Of a stretch of 64,000 nt of DNA, positions 39,600-52,373 are shown in pieces. The notes beneath the pieces were generated by a model. That model had not been told where the DNA came from, searched no databases, and saw nothing but the letters and a program-made list of their open reading frames with translations. Position numbers and translations under genes: made by a program. Each line of letters begins with the position of its first letter. Position 1 is the first letter of the stretch. The DNA comes from a virus. Lineage: Duplodnaviria; Caudoviricetes. The stretch is from IMG/VR virus record IMGVR_UViG_3300001598_000001, positions 1 through 64,000 of that record. One strand, 5' to 3'.

Positions 39600-41724
39600 A
39601 TATCTCCTCGACTTCCCCTGTTACCTCTTCTAAGAATTCTGAAAGCAAAAGCATAATCATTCCTTCTTTACTGTATATTTCTTCTGAGTCATATTCTACC
39701 TTCCTTGGTAATTTAAATGTACGACCATAATATGTGACATTTGTAATATAGCGTTTTGATGATGTATTATTATCCTTCATAATCTTCCATCTCCGCTATT
39801 TCCATAGCTTCATTATATAACTCTTCAGGTGTAAGAAGAGAATAGTCTTCGTCATGATAAGATCCTATTTCCTCTCCATAAATATAAACTGTTAAATATC
39901 CGAAACGGTCAACAGAGTAAGTTACATCTGGGACATCATCTTCTAAATCAAACTCTGCATTTCTTTGTTGTGCGGTAAGATCAAAGATTTGTTGCTCCCA
40001 AGTTTTTTTCTTTTTTCTGCCCATATTATTTGGCCTCTTTTAATTTATCGATAATATGTTTAAGCATACTGTTTTCATCATCGCGTCTCCAACAATAATC
40101 TTGTAAATCGGAAATTTGATTATTTAAACCTTGAATACGACGTTGAGATTCTACCAATGCTGTTTGCTTGGTGGCAAGTTCTTCGACAAGCATTACTATA
40201 AGTTCTCTGTAATGTTGAATAGCAGCATAATCTTGATTGTAATCACTGCCGTTGCAACACTCGTTGCGTTGATATTTAGTGTCATCGTCGTCTATCAAGC
40301 CAAGTTCTTTGGCTAATTCATAATATTCATCATTCATATTATTTTTCTTCCTCCTGATTAATATATAAAGTTCCTGTTAATTCTTGAGAAGTGTGATGTC
40401 CTTCTTTGACAAGAATGAATTGAGAATAACTTCCGTAGTCGCAAGAAATAACCGAATCACTAAATAAGATGGAACGGGTATAGTGAGACGATGCTTGAAG
40501 TTTTGGATCTAAAATTAATAATGGATTAACGCGGTGAATATTTTCTTCATAAACATAAGAAACTTTTAAAACCGTGTCAACATAATCAACAGATCCCGAA
40601 TACCATGCAACAGTATATTCTTTGAGTTCCGAAGATTCAAAATCTAAAAACTCGACTGATTTAAGTTGAACATTTTTCTCTGCCATAAATCGGATAACCT
40701 CCTTTGAGTATTATTTAAAACAAAACGTAATATACATTTATTGAAATAAAATGTAATTACAGTTATATAATATGCTAATTTTTAAAATAGAAAAGAATCA
40801 ATAATATCTTCAACCTCTTGTTCTAAATCTTGTTTAGTCATTGAAGCGTATTTTTTCTTTTTAAATGTGCCAAGTAATTTACCATCTAAATAAACATAGA
40901 GTACACCATTTTCATCTACATAGTATTGACCTGGGCCTGTGCTGTCCAAATCAGCAAAACCGCCTGTATTAACATCTTGAGTAGAACAAAGTAGGCGACG
41001 AAGTTGAAATATTAACATAAATAATTATCCTCCTGTATATGTGCTTTGAAACCTATATTTAATTATTTTTTTATTTTTTGAATTATATATAAGTAGTAAT
41101 TATAATATACACGCGCATCGCGTATATGTGTGCGTATATATACGTACGCGCATACGTAAATGAAAAGTTAATTTAATTAAATATCTGTACTTTGAACATT
41201 TACCAAACTAATACCCAATCTAACTAAATCACGAAAGATTGGATAATCATTTGCATCAACATAATCTATACAACGAATACCGACAGGACTTAAATATGCC
41301 CCTTCGTCTGCATCATAATAAATAAATGTTAAAACAATATAATTTGGTTCTTTGTCAGGATTAAAATGATTACAATTATATTCAATACTTAATCCTTCAC
41401 AAACAGGAAGGGTAACGAATCCTTCCGCATTGTCGCTGATTTTAGTAATATTACAAATACGGAAAGGACCTCTAATTATATCGATAGTAGAACCCGATAT
41501 CATAATTATTTACCTTCTTTTTTTACGGGATGATCAGCAGGTGCAACAGTTGGTTGAACTTCAACATAAGAATTAACAACTTGTTCAATTTGTGTTAAAG
41601 CATCTAAAGCACCAGCATAATAATCATAATTTTCTTTGGTACAATTACGATTACTAATAGAAGGGTAAATATTATTTCTTAAATTAGAAATAGTTTGTAA
41701 TAAAGTTTCTTTTAATGTGGCCAT
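39598..41724 (-). other. Seven small hypothetical CDSs (39598-39780, 39770-40024, 40026-40337, 40339-40686, 40782-41018, 41177-41503, 41506-41724)
   Basis: Packed ORFs with RBS. Confidence 0.65.
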
Positions 41725-41747
41725 ATGTTTCTTCTCCTTTTATATGT

Positions 41748-42419
41748 TTAATTTAAAATATGCGAATCGACGCCATTATCATTTTCATGGTCGTCGTAAT
41801 CACTGTGATTGGGATCAACAGGTTTATTAAAATGTTTGTCAATATTATCTTGAAAAATTTTTAATTCATCGGTTGAAAATTCATATCCTTTACTTTTTAA
41901 CAAAGTTAGATATAATGGATCAAATTTTGTAATATCTAAAGACGTAATATACATTGGTTCTTCCTCGGGTGCAGCAAAAGAAAAATCTAACGGTACACAA
42001 TTATAAAACATTCTCATCATTGATGCAACCTCTACGGCAGATAAATGCATTTTAGCAATACTGTAAATATTTTTTGGATCATCTGGGTCTAAACAAGAAG
42101 TTAGATATTCATTCCAAAGTTCAGAAGTGTAAGACGGAATCTTTGTGTCATCTTTAACATGTTGCACACACCAGCTTTTAAAATGATCATAATTATTATA
42201 ATAAGTAAAACGACCGATAGCTTCTGTGGCTTCTTCTAATGAAGATACTACACATAATAATTTGTTAGAATTATGTGATGGAAAAATACCATAACAAATA
42301 ACGCTGTCTTTTGCAACAGCAGATGTTTTACCACGCTTCTTGGCTTTTTTAATATTCGATTTTGGCTTACAACGAAACAATGTGGATAATAACAATTTAA
42401 TTTTTACTAATGATATCAT
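41748..42419 (-). CDS. hypothetical protein
   Basis: GGAGG RBS before MISLVK. Confidence 0.7.
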   Translation of the reverse strand: MISLVKIKLLLSTLFRCKPKSNIKKAKKRGKTSAVAKDSVICYGIFPSHNSNKLLCVVSSLEEATEAIGRFTYYNNYDHFKSWCVQHVKDDTKIPSYTSELWNEYLTSCLDPDDPKNIYSIAKMHLSAVEVASMMRMFYNCVPLDFSFAAPEEEPMYITSLDITKFDPLYLTLLKSKGYEFSTDELKIFQDNIDKHFNKPVDPNHSDYDDHENDNGVDSHILN

Positions 42420-42420
42420 A

Positions 42421-43116
42421 CTAATTTTTTCCTCCCACATTTTGAGTATCTATAATATATTTATAAATTATTTTAATAGTATTTGGAGTATAAGGTCCAA
42501 AATATATTTTTTCATCATCTTTTTGAGACTCTAATATATCATGACACCACTCCAAAGTAAAACAAGGAATTGGTTGCTTAGAACCCACTACTTCCATATT
42601 TAAATTATAATGGGAATGCAGGTAACTTGTCAATTGGTTTTGCTGAGTAGTGGACAAACGAGTAATATCTGCTAAATAGAATATAACTTTACGATCGTAA
42701 TATACTCAATGAGATGAGTGAAAAAATTTACGATAATATACTGTAAACGCAATTAATAATTGTAAAATTTTAGAATCAAAATTATGTGCAGGAGAAGAAT
42801 TATATAATTCTTGTGCAAAAGTTATTAATTGTTGTACATCACTATTATATAAAAATATTTGACCTTCATCGGACTGAGCGACATCTAAAAGACAGACGTC
42901 TAAAAATTTATCATAAAATTCAGGAGCTGTTAAACGATCATAAATTAAATTAGCTATTGGAGCAACAGAAGAAACTGGAAACGAATAATCTGTAGTAAGA
43001 ACAGAAATAATATTATTAACGGTTTCTTCTTTAGAAGTGTTAGCAGTTAAATGATTGCGTACTAAACGATACATTTGTTGTCATTCAACTGGTTGTAGTT
43101 CAATAAGTTCTTTCAT
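42421..43116 (-). CDS. Hypothetical protein, 231 aa; 2 TGA=Trp
   Basis: GGAGG RBS + ATG 43116; TGA at 43081 and 42706 joins two same-frame track ORFs. Confidence 0.75.
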
Positions 43117-43118
43117 AA

Positions 43119-46019
43119 TTATTCGCCTCCTTCATCATCATCTTCTTCAATATTTAAATCATCATCTTCCACGTTATTATAGTTTGATCAATTAAACATA
43201 GCTTCAATTAATCGATCTACCGCAATACTTGTGGTATCAGATACATCTTTTAAATAATATTTATTTCCTAAATATTCATATGTACCTTCTTCATTATCTT
43301 TAACAGGTGCAAAAGTTGGACCAGGAGGAATTAATTCAACAATCTTTTCTCCTATAATTTCCCAAGCAAATCCTCAGTTAAAATTAGACAATGTTTGAGA
43401 TAGTTTGTGACAATAGAATAAGAACTCCTCATATGATAAACCAGTATCTAATAATTGGATTTGTAATTCTTTGATAATAGCATCATAGATATTAGAACGT
43501 AATTCAATATAGTCATCATCAAAAGTGTCCTTATTATATAATGCAGTTAAACGTTTAATTTGTTTTTTAGATGTGTAGGATGAATACATCTTTTTAACCT
43601 TTGCTAATTTAATTTCGTCAAAACTATTTTCATAATCTTTTTCATATGTTGGTAGTTTTGATATTTTATATTTCTTATTTCCTGTTTGAACATCTTTTGC
43701 AAATTTAATATCAAAATCAATTGATTCAAATTCACGACAGAGTCTATTCATGGTACAATCAGAAGTGATTAAAGGAGAATATTTTTGATAACGACGAATT
43801 AACATTTTTTCTTCTTCTGTTTGATTTTCTTTCTTTAATAACTTTTTAAATTTAATTCCAAACATATCACGACTGATTTGATTATAAGAATCTTCAAAAC
43901 GTTTAAATTTTTGATTTAGTTCTGGATATAAATATCTAAAGAAATAAGGTTTTTTAGCAACAACAATAGCATTGTTTTTAATCTTTTTTAAACGGGTTTC
44001 AGCATCGTCTTCAGGATCTATTTTTTCAAATTTCTTTCATTCTGAAGGTAAGAATGGTTTATCTGCTCCTTTAATACGGTCAATTTCCTGTCCAACAATT
44101 TCACGTAATAATTTAATACGAGTCATGATGATATTATATTGATCTTCATGTCCTGGTTTATTAAAGATTGCAGCCATTGCATAAAGTATAGTTGCAGTAT
44201 TAGAAAATCCACCAACTCCAGTACCAAAACCTTTCATAACTGTTTTTGTAATATTGTTAACCGTCATTTTTGCTGGAACGGCTAATCCTTTTTCATAAGT
44301 GATAATACTGTGATCTTTATGAGAACCTTTAATAAAATATTCATTATCAGTAGATAATACAATATCTCCATCAAAGTCAGCGTCTTCGGCTCTAAATACA
44401 GCAGTGTCGTATGTAGAAAAAACAATACCACTGTTTAAATAACGCAACCAATAATCTGCTTCGTCATTATGTAACAAAACTTTACTTGGATTATGTTCAT
44501 GGACATCAATCATTGGGCTACGACATAAATCAACGATATCAGCATTTCTTTTATTTCAGAACGATGACCAAATAGTGTCTTTTGGAACAATACCAACTGG
44601 ATCTAATCCCAAAGCAGCTTGACACTGAGCTACAGGATCGCTAACCATAAATTGATAATTTCCTTTGATTCATATTTTTCCTAATTTAGCATGATTAATA
44701 GATTCGGCAATATTTTTATAAATTTTATATTGAACATAACTATCTTGTAAAAAATCAACATTTTTCACAACAGCTTTCATTGCTGATGTTTGAGCAATAC
44801 TGTACATTGAATCATAATCTACGTCATTGTCTTTTACACCAAATGAATATAATAATGTTGGTAATAATTCACCAGAACAAATTTGTTGAATTCAATTTAC
44901 TGTAGGTTGAATTAATTGCTTAATATCTTCTTTACTCAACTCAAGAGATTGAATATATTGATAATTAGCTAAAACATATTCTTCATCTTGACGTTTGTTG
45001 TATCTAGCTACACCTCAATGAATTTCACCTTGTTTAGCATATTCACAATATTCTTGCCAACTATTATAATATTTATAAGTTTTAAATTGTGATTCGGAAA
45101 GTAAAACATCAATATCATTGATATTGTATTCTACACCCCAACGATCTCTAATGGTGAAGATATTATGTTTATGAGCATATTCTTTAAAATCAAATGTTGC
45201 TAAATTACCTTTAATAAAACAAGATCTTGCTACAAATGAACAAGGGGTATAAGATAAATTCATATCTTGTGCCCAAAGCTCAGCAAAATAAGGATCAATT
45301 AATCCTTGTCCATCAGCACAGTTTAATTCTAAGTCCATAATTCTTGGATCAATATATGATTTACCATTTTCATCTTTACAAATAAAATCCACTTTTTCGT
45401 TTGGTAAAGTACGATAAAAATCTTTTATTACACAAACTCTTGGTGTTCTTACCCAAAGAATAGAGGAAAAAGCTAATGCAAAATAAGCACTATACTTAGC
45501 TAAAACAAATTGAGAAGTTTTTTCATCTAATCCACAATTTAATCTTTTAACTAAAAAATCATACAATTCTTCATTTACAAAAGTAGCTGTGTTACGTCTA
45601 ATTTGTCCAGACCCAGAACATAAATAAACATAATGAATTCCATTAACATTAAATCCATTGACACGAAATTTATGAAAGTCAGATTTTTTACCGTCTAAAT
45701 AAACGTTAATAATATCTTTAACAAATAATTTTTCAGTAATCGCTCTATCTAAAATATGTGCTTCTTTATACTTACCTTGCTTTTTATAAATATGCATGGT
45801 ACTACGTAATTGACTAATTTTATTAAAAAGTTTATTATGTTCTTGATAATTTCCATAGTAATATCTGATTTGTTGAAAAATTAGATTATCACCAATTGAA
45901 ACAATATTTTCTTCTTTTTCTCCACGTGATATGGTATAATTTTCAATTTGACAATTGTTAGCAACTATAAACGAAGCAGGTAATTTAAAGACTTGATATA
46001 AGTTTTGACAAACTGCCAT
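43119..46019 (-). CDS. yonO: Single-subunit double-psi-barrel DNA-dependent RNA polymerase (SPbeta YonO / cellular RdRP-like), 966 aa; 7 TGA=Trp
   Basis: SGQIR, ADGQGLI, FIKG, NYQYIQ, GKI[W]IKGNYQ, RSPM, catalytic DADFDGD, EIDRIKG, KKPYFFRYLYP, FAWE. One frame with only TGA interruptions; joins three track ORFs. Confidence 0.92.
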
Positions 46020-46030
46020 TGCTTTCCTCC

Positions 46031-46396
46031 TTAATTATTATCAATTGAAATTCAATCAGAATCTAATGCATCTAAATTTTCAGCATCATATTTTTTATAA
46101 TATATTTCTGTGTGTTGTATCATAAAATCTATCATCTCAGATAATTCTTTGTCGTTTTTAACATAAAAAACATTATCATAAATATTATTATTTTTATAAT
46201 TATTTAAAGGTGATATATTTAATAAAATAGTGTAATTGTTTTCTTCGAATGGTGTATTATTATTTAAAATAAAAATATATTCTTTGTCTGAACTAGCATC
46301 AATAATATTAATGTTTAATCAGGTATTTTGTAATTTTTGATTATATTTATTATTAATTTCATTTAACACGGTTTGTATTTCTTCTGGTGTAATCAT
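46031..46396 (-). CDS. Hypothetical protein, 121 aa; 2 TGA=Trp
   Basis: AGGAG RBS; open to TAA if TGA is read through. Confidence 0.7.
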
Positions 46397-46487
46397 AGTT
46401 ACCAATCTCCTCAAAATTTATATTTTATATCATAATTTGTTTGATTTTTTAATTAACTATATAATATAGTTAACCTCATCTATTAAT

Positions 46488-46516
46488 ATTATATTGGGAA
46501 AAATTTTATTGTGCAA
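46488..46516 (-). promoter_or_regulatory. CCCAT-type promoter for the RNA polymerase operon
   Basis: TTGCAC-17bp(..TTCCCAA)-TATAAT. Confidence 0.75.
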
Positions 46517-46826
46517 GTAAAATTGAATAAAAAGAAAGAAAAAAAAGAAAAGTAACAAAAGAAATAAATAAAGAAATAAAAAAACAACTCATACTTCGTA
46601 TTCGTTGTAGTGCCTACGGCGTGGAGTGATTTTTTAAATAACTCATATATTCGTTATTATAAAAAATAACGTTATATTTGGTGGTGATTAATTATTATAT
46701 AAAATATATAAATAATATTAAAGATAATAAAAAAATTTTTAATTATTTTAATAATAATTAGATAAAAAACCTAATGTTTAAAAAAAGAAAAATAAAAAAA
46801 AGAAAAAAATAAAAAACTATTTTATC

Positions 46827-46855
46827 TTGACATTCTTGTAAAAACCCATTATTAT
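46827..46855 (+). promoter_or_regulatory. CCCAT-type promoter (probably leaderless)
   Basis: TTGACA-17bp(..ACCCAT)-TATTAT; ATG 8 nt downstream. Confidence 0.75.
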
Positions 46856-46863
46856 ATTGGTGT

Positions 46864-47694
46864 ATGATACTTGATTGGTATAGTTATTGTGAAACAGTTC
46901 ACAGTACAAAAAAATTATTAACAAAAGATCCTGCTGATCACAAGAGTTTATTTAAGCAGGAAATTTTCTATGTTCGTTATTTAATTTATAAAAAACATTA
47001 TACTAAATTACAATGTTATACAGAGTGGCGTAAAATTAAAAATGGAAGAGCAAATATTTTGAAAAAAGATCCCGATCAATTAGCTATAGAATTTTTTAAT
47101 ATTTATCAAGCCGCTAATAGGATAAATAGAATTCCTGGTCCTTTATCTGAAATTATAATTTTTAAAGATGAAGTAGATTATTTGAATTCTCTTCAAGTTC
47201 CTAAATGGATTAAAGAATTTTGGATGGCAGAGCTAATATATTATAAGTTTGCTACACAAATTTATAGTCAGGTAGAGTTAACACCAACAGTATTGTCTTG
47301 GTGTCTTAGACAGGTTACTGATTTAAAAGCTTCTAATAGAACATTTTTTGACCATCGAGATCAAATCGGAAAATACAATGCTCAGTTTGAAGTTATTAAA
47401 ATTAACAATTTAAACAATCATGAATATAATATTATGACACCAAAATTTTTAAACACCGACAATAAAAGTCCTGTATTAATTATTAATAACTTAGATCAAA
47501 TTAAGACAGGAATTAAATTAATTAAAGATAATTATGAAATTTGTGAAAATTGTGGTAAAAAATTTATTAAAAGTTCCAAGAGTCAAACACAATTATGCAC
47601 AGGATGTTATAAAAAATATCGTCGAAAATACAAAACCGAAAAACAAAAAAAATATGACGATCAAAAAAGTCTTGAAAAAATCAGAGAAAATTAA
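46864..47694 (+). CDS. Hypothetical protein with C-terminal zinc ribbon
   Basis: CENC..CTGC plus basic tail. Confidence 0.75.
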   Translation: MILDWYSYCETVHSTKKLLTKDPADHKSLFKQEIFYVRYLIYKKHYTKLQCYTEWRKIKNGRANILKKDPDQLAIEFFNIYQAANRINRIPGPLSEIIIFKDEVDYLNSLQVPKWIKEFWMAELIYYKFATQIYSQVELTPTVLSWCLRQVTDLKASNRTFFDHRDQIGKYNAQFEVIKINNLNNHEYNIMTPKFLNTDNKSPVLIINNLDQIKTGIKLIKDNYEICENCGKKFIKSSKSQTQLCTGCYKKYRRKYKTEKQKKYDDQKSLEKIREN

Positions 47695-47817
47695 GTTTTC
47701 TGGACAGCTAAATCATGTTTACTCTTTTATGGAAGAGGAGTAATAAAAATTGGTTTTATATTTATATAAAACCTTACGAAATGAAAAGAAAAAAGGATAA
47801 AAAGGAGAAATAAACAA

Positions 47818-49053
47818 ATGACAAAAAAAGAATTTTTAGAGTATGTTGACTCTTTTGATAGAGATACTGGTGAATTTACTGAAGAAGAATTATATGCTAT
47901 TGGAACACAATATAAGGAATTACCAGTTTCAGAAAAAAATTGGGAAGAATTGGTTAAAATACTTGGTGTTAATAAAACAGGTGAAAATTTTAGAACTTGG
48001 ATTAAAAGCAGACAATATGCCGATGGAACAATTAAAAAGAATATTCAATTATTATCTGGTCAGACAGTTGAAGATTTAAGTTTTCCAGAAGCTGAAGAAA
48101 AAATTGAAGAAATTAAAAGAGATTTATACAAACAACAAGTAAAAACTAGAGATACTTGAAACGCTTATAGAAGAGATGTACGTAAAGATGCTCGTGAAGA
48201 AAATTTTTATGATATGTTTGCGGAAGCTGTTAAAACATATCCAGCATTACCTCAATATAAAACATTACCAGTTATTTCTACTGATAACGAGGCTGTAATG
48301 TTATTATCAGATATTCATTTGGGTATGGAAATTAATAATTTCTTTAATCATTATAATTTAGAAATTGCTAAAAAAAGATTTGATACTTATATTGATGAAG
48401 TTATTAAAATGTGTCAATTACATCAAGTTCGTAGATTAAATATTTGTAATCTTGGTGATTGTATTCACGGTATTATTAATGTTACTGGTAGAATTGAAGC
48501 CGAAATGAATGTAATTGATCAAGTTATGCAAGTTGCAGAAATGTTAGCTCAAGGATTAAATAAATTACAAAATGCAGCTTCTGAAGTTATTTACAGAAGC
48601 GTTACTGATAATCATAGTAGAGCTATGGCCAATTTCAAAGAAAATATGGAATCTGAAAATCTTAGTAGATTAATTGATTTTTATCTCAAGCCAAGATTAA
48701 AAGATACTTCTATTATTTTTGCTGAAGATAATTTAGATTACGATATTTCATTCTTTGAATTATTAAATGGTCAAAAGGTTATTTGTTCTCATGGTCACCG
48801 TGATAATATTAATGTAGCGGTACAAGGATACTTAGGTGCCACTAAACAATTTGTTGATTATATTTGTTTAGGACACTTCCACGAAAGCAAAATGAAATCG
48901 TTCCAAGGCGCTAAAGTAATTGTAAATGGTAGCGTTTGTGGTTCTGATTCTTATGCTCAATCTAAGAGATTATATGGTGATCCAGAACAAACTTTAATAA
49001 TTATAGATAATAATTCAGTTATTATAGATAATGTTAAGCTAAATATTCAATAA
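47818..49053 (+). CDS. Metallophosphoesterase with N-terminal extension, 411 aa; 1 TGA=Trp
   Basis: LSDIHLG, LGDCIHG, DNH, SHGH, GHFH, NGS; TGA 48157 joins two same-frame ORFs. Confidence 0.85.
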
Positions 49054-49056
49054 AAC

Positions 49057-49083
49057 AAAACCTCTCGATATCGAGGGGTTTTT
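49057..49083 (+). terminator. Intrinsic terminator
   Basis: AAAACCTCTCG-ATAT-CGAGGGGTTTT. Confidence 0.7.
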
Positions 49084-49106
49084 ATTATAAAAGGAAGTGA
49101 AAAGGT

Positions 49107-50204
49107 ATGATAGAACAAGAAAAAGAAATAAATGAAAATATTGAAGTTGCTGAAGAATTAGAAGAAAACGTTACAGAAACACACATTGAGACGCCAGAAC
49201 ACCAAGAGTTTGCTCAATTATATTCTAAGAACAACGAGGATTTTGCTAAAGCTGTTTTTGAATATTGTTTTTTACACAACCTTTTCTTTCATGAAGTTTA
49301 CGTTAATAAGATTATTAGTAGTGATATAGAAAATAAATTTTTTAATATGCCTGAATTATATATTGATATGATTAATAATGATTTTCGTTGTAATGGTTTA
49401 AATTTTTTTGATCAATTAAAGATTGAGAATTTTGAAAAAATTTATAGTGAAGATTTAAATTTATTAATGTTATCAGAAGATGATAAAAAAAACAGACAAG
49501 CATGTCTTGATATTATTGGCTATGATCCTTTTAAAGATGAAGCTATTGAAGATCGTCCACAATTATATAGAGATTTAACAGGTATGTTGACTGATGCAAT
49601 GAGAAAAGATATTGCTAAGTCTAAAGCTGCTTTATCAATTGTTCGTTCATATCAAAATATTGAAAAATATCAACGTAAGGTTACTGAACTTACGTCTAGT
49701 GGTAAAGTTGATGAAGATACTCAAAAAACTTTAGATCAATATTTAAAAGTTATTGCCACCATACAAACCACTATTAACCAAACAGCAGAAAAAAATAATT
49801 TTACTGTTAGAGGTATTGGTTCTAATGGCAAGGGTATGTTGTCAGATGTTATGAATCAAATAGAAGACATGGGAATTGATGAGGGTATTACAAATTTTTA
49901 TGATATTGAAACCTCTAAATCTATTGAAGAAGTTGCTAATATTAGTTTTAAAGCTCAATTAAATCAATTAAATTTATCTAAAACTGATTATGTAGAGATT
50001 TTATCTGCTCAAGCACAAGCTGTTAAAGAAGCACAAAAGACAGCAGCCAAAGCAAATGAAGCATTACGATTAGCTAAAGAAAAAATTACTAAACAAGAAT
50101 TGTTAATTGAACTTGAAAAAGATTATCGTAAAAAAGGAATATCAGAAGAAGAAATTACAGAGTTTATTGGTAGAGAATATAAATTATATGATGGAGAAGA
50201 ATAA
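49107..50204 (+). CDS. Conserved protein upstream of terL (possible terminase small subunit)
   Basis: Position; IIGYDPF motif; coiled-coil C-terminus. Confidence 0.6.
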   Translation: MIEQEKEINENIEVAEELEENVTETHIETPEHQEFAQLYSKNNEDFAKAVFEYCFLHNLFFHEVYVNKIISSDIENKFFNMPELYIDMINNDFRCNGLNFFDQLKIENFEKIYSEDLNLLMLSEDDKKNRQACLDIIGYDPFKDEAIEDRPQLYRDLTGMLTDAMRKDIAKSKAALSIVRSYQNIEKYQRKVTELTSSGKVDEDTQKTLDQYLKVIATIQTTINQTAEKNNFTVRGIGSNGKGMLSDVMNQIEDMGIDEGITNFYDIETSKSIEEVANISFKAQLNQLNLSKTDYVEILSAQAQAVKEAQKTAAKANEALRLAKEKITKQELLIELEKDYRKKGISEEEITEFIGREYKLYDGEE

Positions 50205-50206
50205 TT

Positions 50207-52126
50207 ATGATTAGTATTTATAAACGTAAAATTAATAATAATTTAACCATACGTGATTATGACTCTATGAAGAAATATATTCGACTTATACAATGGGGAC
50301 GTAAGAATCCTGTACAATTTATAGAAAAAATTTTTGGTATCACTTTAATGGATTATCAAAAATGATTAATTGCAGAGTCTTGGACCAAAGAGTATGTTGT
50401 TTGAGCTTGTAGTCGTAATGCTGGTAAATCATTTTTAATTGGTTTGTTTATTATGGCTCGTAATTTGTTATTTCCAAAATTACAAACTCAAATTATTTCT
50501 GAAAACTGACAAACTTGTAATGATACTTTTTTAACAATGGAAAAAATTGCCACAAACAATATCAAAACCATTATTAATGACAATACTGTATTTATTGATG
50601 AATTATATAAAACTAAATCTGATTCAGACGGATTTATTCACGATGCCAAAGGTGGAAACAAGTGTAAATTATCAAACGGATCATCTATTTCGGCAATTGC
50701 TGGATCATCTAGATCTGCCAGAGGCCGAAGATCAAACTTAAATGTTTATGATGAAGCTGGTTTTATTGGTAAAGATACTTTTGATATTACTGAACCTTAT
50801 ATGGGTCAATCTTCAGAATTTAAATTAGGTTCTTCTTATGATCCAGAAGTTTACCCAAGAGAAATACCTAATATTCGTTTGTATATTGGTTCAGCATCTG
50901 ATACTAATTCATTGTTTTATGAAAAATACAAAGAAGGGGTTAAACAAATGTTAGCTGGAAGTAATAAATATTTTGTTGCTGACATTAGTTGTGAAATTCC
51001 TAAACATCCTACTGTTAAAGGAAAAGAAGCCAAACCTTTGCTTTCTCAAGAAGAAATTGATCGTAAGATGAGAGAAAATGAAATTGTCGCTATGAGAGAA
51101 TATTACAATATTTTTGATCATTTTGATTTAGAAGATTCTATTGTAACTCGTTCTGACATTTTTACAAATACTGAAACATTTGTTCCAGCAATTACTTGGG
51201 GTGGTAAAAAACATAAATATATTATTTCATATGACCCAGCATCTAAAAACGATAACGCGCCTGTACTAGTTACAGATATGTTTAAAAATGAAGATGGAGA
51301 AATTTGTGGTCGCTGTGTCCATATGGAGAATTTGATTGTTACTTATGGTGATGGATCTAAACGCCCCATGAGAATTGATGAACAAGTTCAGAGATTACGA
51401 GAAATGATATATGAATATAATGGTCGAGAAAATATTGCACCATATGAAAATGTTGTTGTCTTATTAGATTTTGGTGTTGGTGGACAAGCTAGTTCTATTT
51501 GTCAAGAGTTATGTAAAGATTGGACCGATAGTAAAGGAAAGGTTCATCCAGGAATTTATGATGAAGAAAATGAATTTAGCAGATTATGGGCTGAAAAATT
51601 TCCTCATGCAGTTCCAGGGTGTCTAAAAATGGTTGAGCCACGTAAATTTAGAAATGATTTATTTACATCTGCAAAAACATTGGTTCCAATGGGTGCTATT
51701 AAATTTTCACCAAAATGCCCAAAATATGATATTTTGGTTTTAGATGATGGTACTGAAAGAAAATTAGGTAAATCTGAACTAAACTCTTTAATTCAGATGG
51801 ATTTAATGAAAGAAGAAATAGCTTCAATTGTTAGAATCAAAAACCCAACTGGTAATATCACTTTTCAGTTACCACCAGAAAAACGTGGTAAAATGCATGA
51901 TGACCGTTGTTATGTTTTTGTATTAGCATGTTGATGGATTCATCAACAGAGAACTAATGAAACTTTTGGAGATGATGGTGTAGGTTTAGATTATAGTAAA
52001 TTAATCGGTGCTACTCCTGTTAGGTCTCAAGTTTCTAATGATGATCCTTGATTAAAAGGATTATCGGGAAATAAATCTACTATTAAAAGGAGTCCGTTCC
52101 AGGGTAAATCTCCATTTAGTAGATAA
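50207..52126 (+). CDS. terL: Terminase large subunit, 639 aa; 5 TGA=Trp
   Basis: Walker A V[W]ACSRNAGKS, ARGRRS, Walker B VYDEAGF, YIGSAS, nuclease YDPA and MHDDR; TGA at 50363, 50402, 50507, 51932, 52049. Confidence 0.92.
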
Positions 52127-52373
52127 ATTTCATTTTAATAATTTCAGTATAAAAAATATACTGTTATTATATATTATTAATATCATTGATGTACAGATGA
52201 TATCGCTTTTTATTGTAAAAAATAAAAAGAATAGAATATATGTTGCCCTTAAATATTTATTATTTTTGGGCAACAGTGTAATATTATTAATTAATTGATT
52301 AAAACAAATGAGAGTAGTTGTTTGTTTTACTGAATTAATTAATATATTTAAGAAAGTAAAAAGGAGTAGAGAT

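Noticed and set aside
43119-46019. RNA-virus or RNAi-type RdRP
   Set aside because: The context is a dsDNA phage head module; the motifs and position fit YonO-type DNA-dependent RNAP.
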